From positions 714 through 64,713 of IMG/VR virus record IMGVR_UViG_3300037851_000757: 64,000 nt of DNA, one strand, 5' to 3'. Shown in pieces: positions 62,400 through 64,000 of the stretch. The translations under genes and the position numbers were made by a program. This DNA comes from a virus. The notes under the pieces are model-generated. The model was not told where the DNA came from. It saw only the letters and a list, made by a program, of their open reading frames with translations, and ran no database searches. Each line of letters starts with the position of its first letter. Positions within the stretch are counted from its first letter, which is position 1.

Positions 62400-63104
62400 T
62401 TATTTCTCCTTTATAAGAAGTGTATAAAAGTCTTCTATATTTTGAAGACAATTAGCGGCCCCTTTATACTGCTGTAACATATCATGATGCTTTTGTGATT
62501 CAGTATTGATATATTCTCTCATGGCTGCGATGCGATGATACCAGAGCTTTCTCTTTCCTTCTGTAAAAGCATAAAAAGAATCACTCTCAAGAAGCGGGGA
62601 ATCTTTGCCTGTAATAACCTCGATGCCCAATCCCTCAGCCAAGCCACAGAAATAGGTAACTGAGGCTTTTTGTTCTACATACTCCTGAGAAGTACATAGA
62701 TCAATCCCACCGAGGCGAATACAGGTAAAACCCTCCATGATCGCTAAAGCGATCATATAGGACATTGTTGCATCAAAAAAGTGACGGAATTTTGTTTTCA
62801 GAGCTTCTAAAGGAAGAACAACAGCATGAGTGAAAGGATTAACTGGAAGAATTTCTTGAGTATAGATAGGGACATTAAGAGCGTTGAGTTCTTGTATATA
62901 GACATCTACTGGTTTGTCTCGAAAAATTGAAGAACCTTTTCTTAACCACCCATTTTGTGAGAGGCTGAAAGCATGAACTTCAAAAATTCTCGAGAAGGAG
63001 ACACCTGGAAAAATAGTGTAATTATTATTGATTCCCCAAATCTCTCCTTCCAAAGAGATTTCGGAGTCCCCACCACCAAGCATTGTGACAGTTTTATGAT
63101 TCAT
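62400..63104 (-). CDS. Putative glycosyltransferase-like (Maf/sialyltransferase-like fold) protein
   Basis: TMLGGGDS...WGINN...MIALAIMEGFTCIRLGGID resembles I.GNGPS...N...A+..G...I.L.G.D. Tentative. Confidence 0.4.
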   Translation of the reverse strand: MNHKTVTMLGGGDSEISLEGEIWGINNNYTIFPGVSFSRIFEVHAFSLSQNGWLRKGSSIFRDKPVDVYIQELNALNVPIYTQEILPVNPFTHAVVLPLEALKTKFRHFFDATMSYMIALAIMEGFTCIRLGGIDLCTSQEYVEQKASVTYFCGLAEGLGIEVITGKDSPLLESDSFYAFTEGKRKLWYHRIAAMREYINTESQKHHDMLQQYKGAANCLQNIEDFYTLLIKEK

Positions 63105-63648
63105 TATTCAAACCTTTGCCAATCAAACCCAGGATACGAGTTGAAATAAGATCGAGCTTTTCTTGATCATCACCGATTACTTCTGCAATGATGTTGACAA
63201 TCTCTCCAGCAAAAATCATAAGCTGGCCTTTTTCAAGATGCTCGCCCATTGCAGACTCTAAACGGTGACAAGAGGCGACAACTTTTTCAATTTTTAGTAC
63301 AAGATCACTGATCGGGCCAGCCTGGAGCATAAGATCAGTTGAGCTTTTGCAATGAGCAAATCGTTCTTCAAGTAAGATTCGGAGAATCCCGACTTCTTCA
63401 CGAAGAGATTTGATATTGGGGTGGGAGTTAAATTCATCGGCTCGTGCCTGCCATTGGCCGAGTCGAAAAATTCGTAAGCTTACTGCTCTTTGGGACTCCA
63501 ATTCTTTATGTCCACCATGAGCGAGACATTTAACCCCTCCCTCCACGGCTTGATTACGGCATTGCCCGATATTTGGGATTACCTGCTGACAGCGATTAGG
63601 AGCGGCAGGGTATTCGACTCTTTTAATTGTTTCTGGGAGGTCATGCAT
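63094..63648 (-). CDS. Terminase small subunit-like protein (C..C..HGG type)
   Basis: RC...QC...KCLAHGG followed by a helical region; first gene of the late arm; likely start ATG 63648. Confidence 0.6.
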   Translation of the reverse strand: MHDLPETIKRVEYPAAPNRCQQVIPNIGQCRNQAVEGGVKCLAHGGHKELESQRAVSLRIFRLGQWQARADEFNSHPNIKSLREEVGILRILLEERFAHCKSSTDLMLQAGPISDLVLKIEKVVASCHRLESAMGEHLEKGQLMIFAGEIVNIIAEVIGDDQEKLDLISTRILGLIGKGLNNES

Positions 63649-63741
63649 TTTTGAGCTTCTTTTTTTTGATTTTTGAAATCGCTCATCTTTTTGAGCAGGC
63701 TTTTCGCCAAAATAAAAAACAAAGAGGTATCCATATAATAT

Positions 63742-63777
63742 ATACGTTTTTTTACGGGTTTTGGACACTTATTTTTT
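63742..63777 (-). promoter_or_regulatory. Operon-head motif, copy 3
   Basis: ATACGTTTTTTTACGG is identical to 23056-23071. Confidence 0.65.
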
Positions 63778-63910
63778 CTGCAATTTTTTTCGCCGAAAAT
63801 CATGCGCAGAAATATGTGCATAGTGCTAAAAGGGTCATATTTGATTCGATAAATCTATTCTTTCTTTATAAAGTTTCTTTATAAAAATTCTTTATAAAAA
63901 AATTTTTTAG

Positions 63911-64000
63911 AAAAAATTTTTCTAAAAAATTTTTCTAAAAAATTTTTCTAAAAAATTTTTCTAAAAAATTTTTCTAAAAAATTTTTCTAAAAAATTTTTC
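63911..64000. repeat. Tandem repeat (AAAAAATTTTTCT) x7, running off the window
   Basis: Counted directly. It is preceded by three TTCTTTATAAA units at about 63862-63898. Confidence 0.9.

Noticed and set aside
63649-63884. N-terminal extension of TerS and ORFs 63579..63821 and 63627..63884
   Set aside because: Low-complexity Lys/Phe-rich translations of an AT-rich control region that carries shared cis motifs.
1-64000. Stop-codon reassignment, tRNA genes, integrase/att site
   Set aside because: Core genes are full length in the standard code; no cloverleaf or recombinase was recognised.

Overview
The window is most of a tailed dsDNA bacteriophage genome. It looks like a siphovirus: 1222-aa tape measure, G/GT tail-chaperone frameshift, no sheath gene. 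It is AT-rich with a few GC-richer genes and reads normally in the standard genetic code. Layout: (i) 1-2.5 kb, a truncated leftward sigma-like gene and a short rightward unit with a ParB-like gene; (ii) 2.5-3.2 kb, a non-coding repeat-rich region; (iii) 3.2-22.9 kb, a leftward early/replication arm (PD-(D/E)XK nuclease, FkbM methyltransferase, ATP-dependent ligase, HAD nucleotidase, sigma-like factor, NYN protein, ThyX, VRR-NUC, family A DNA polymerase, SNF2-like helicase, DenV-like glycosylase, SSB-like protein, two more ParB-like genes); (iv) 23.4-29.6 kb, a rightward arm (Fis-type HTH protein, primase-helicase, Dam-like methylase, muramidase, DEDDh exonuclease); (v) 29.6-63.7 kb, a leftward late arm (TerS-like, fibre block, TerL, portal, scaffold, capsid, tail, two proteases, then a cassette of exported proteins). 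I found no integrase, ParA, tRNA, CRISPR array or reverse transcriptase. The strongest leads are a signal-peptide-bearing di-heme c-type cytochrome in an exported-protein cassette, three ParB-like proteins without ParA (one bracketed by 25-bp inverted repeats), a second probable -1 frameshift that would extend the tail-tip protein, a degenerate ThyX paralogue, and cis motifs shared between operon heads. All protein calls come from motif recognition by eye; no database search was run.
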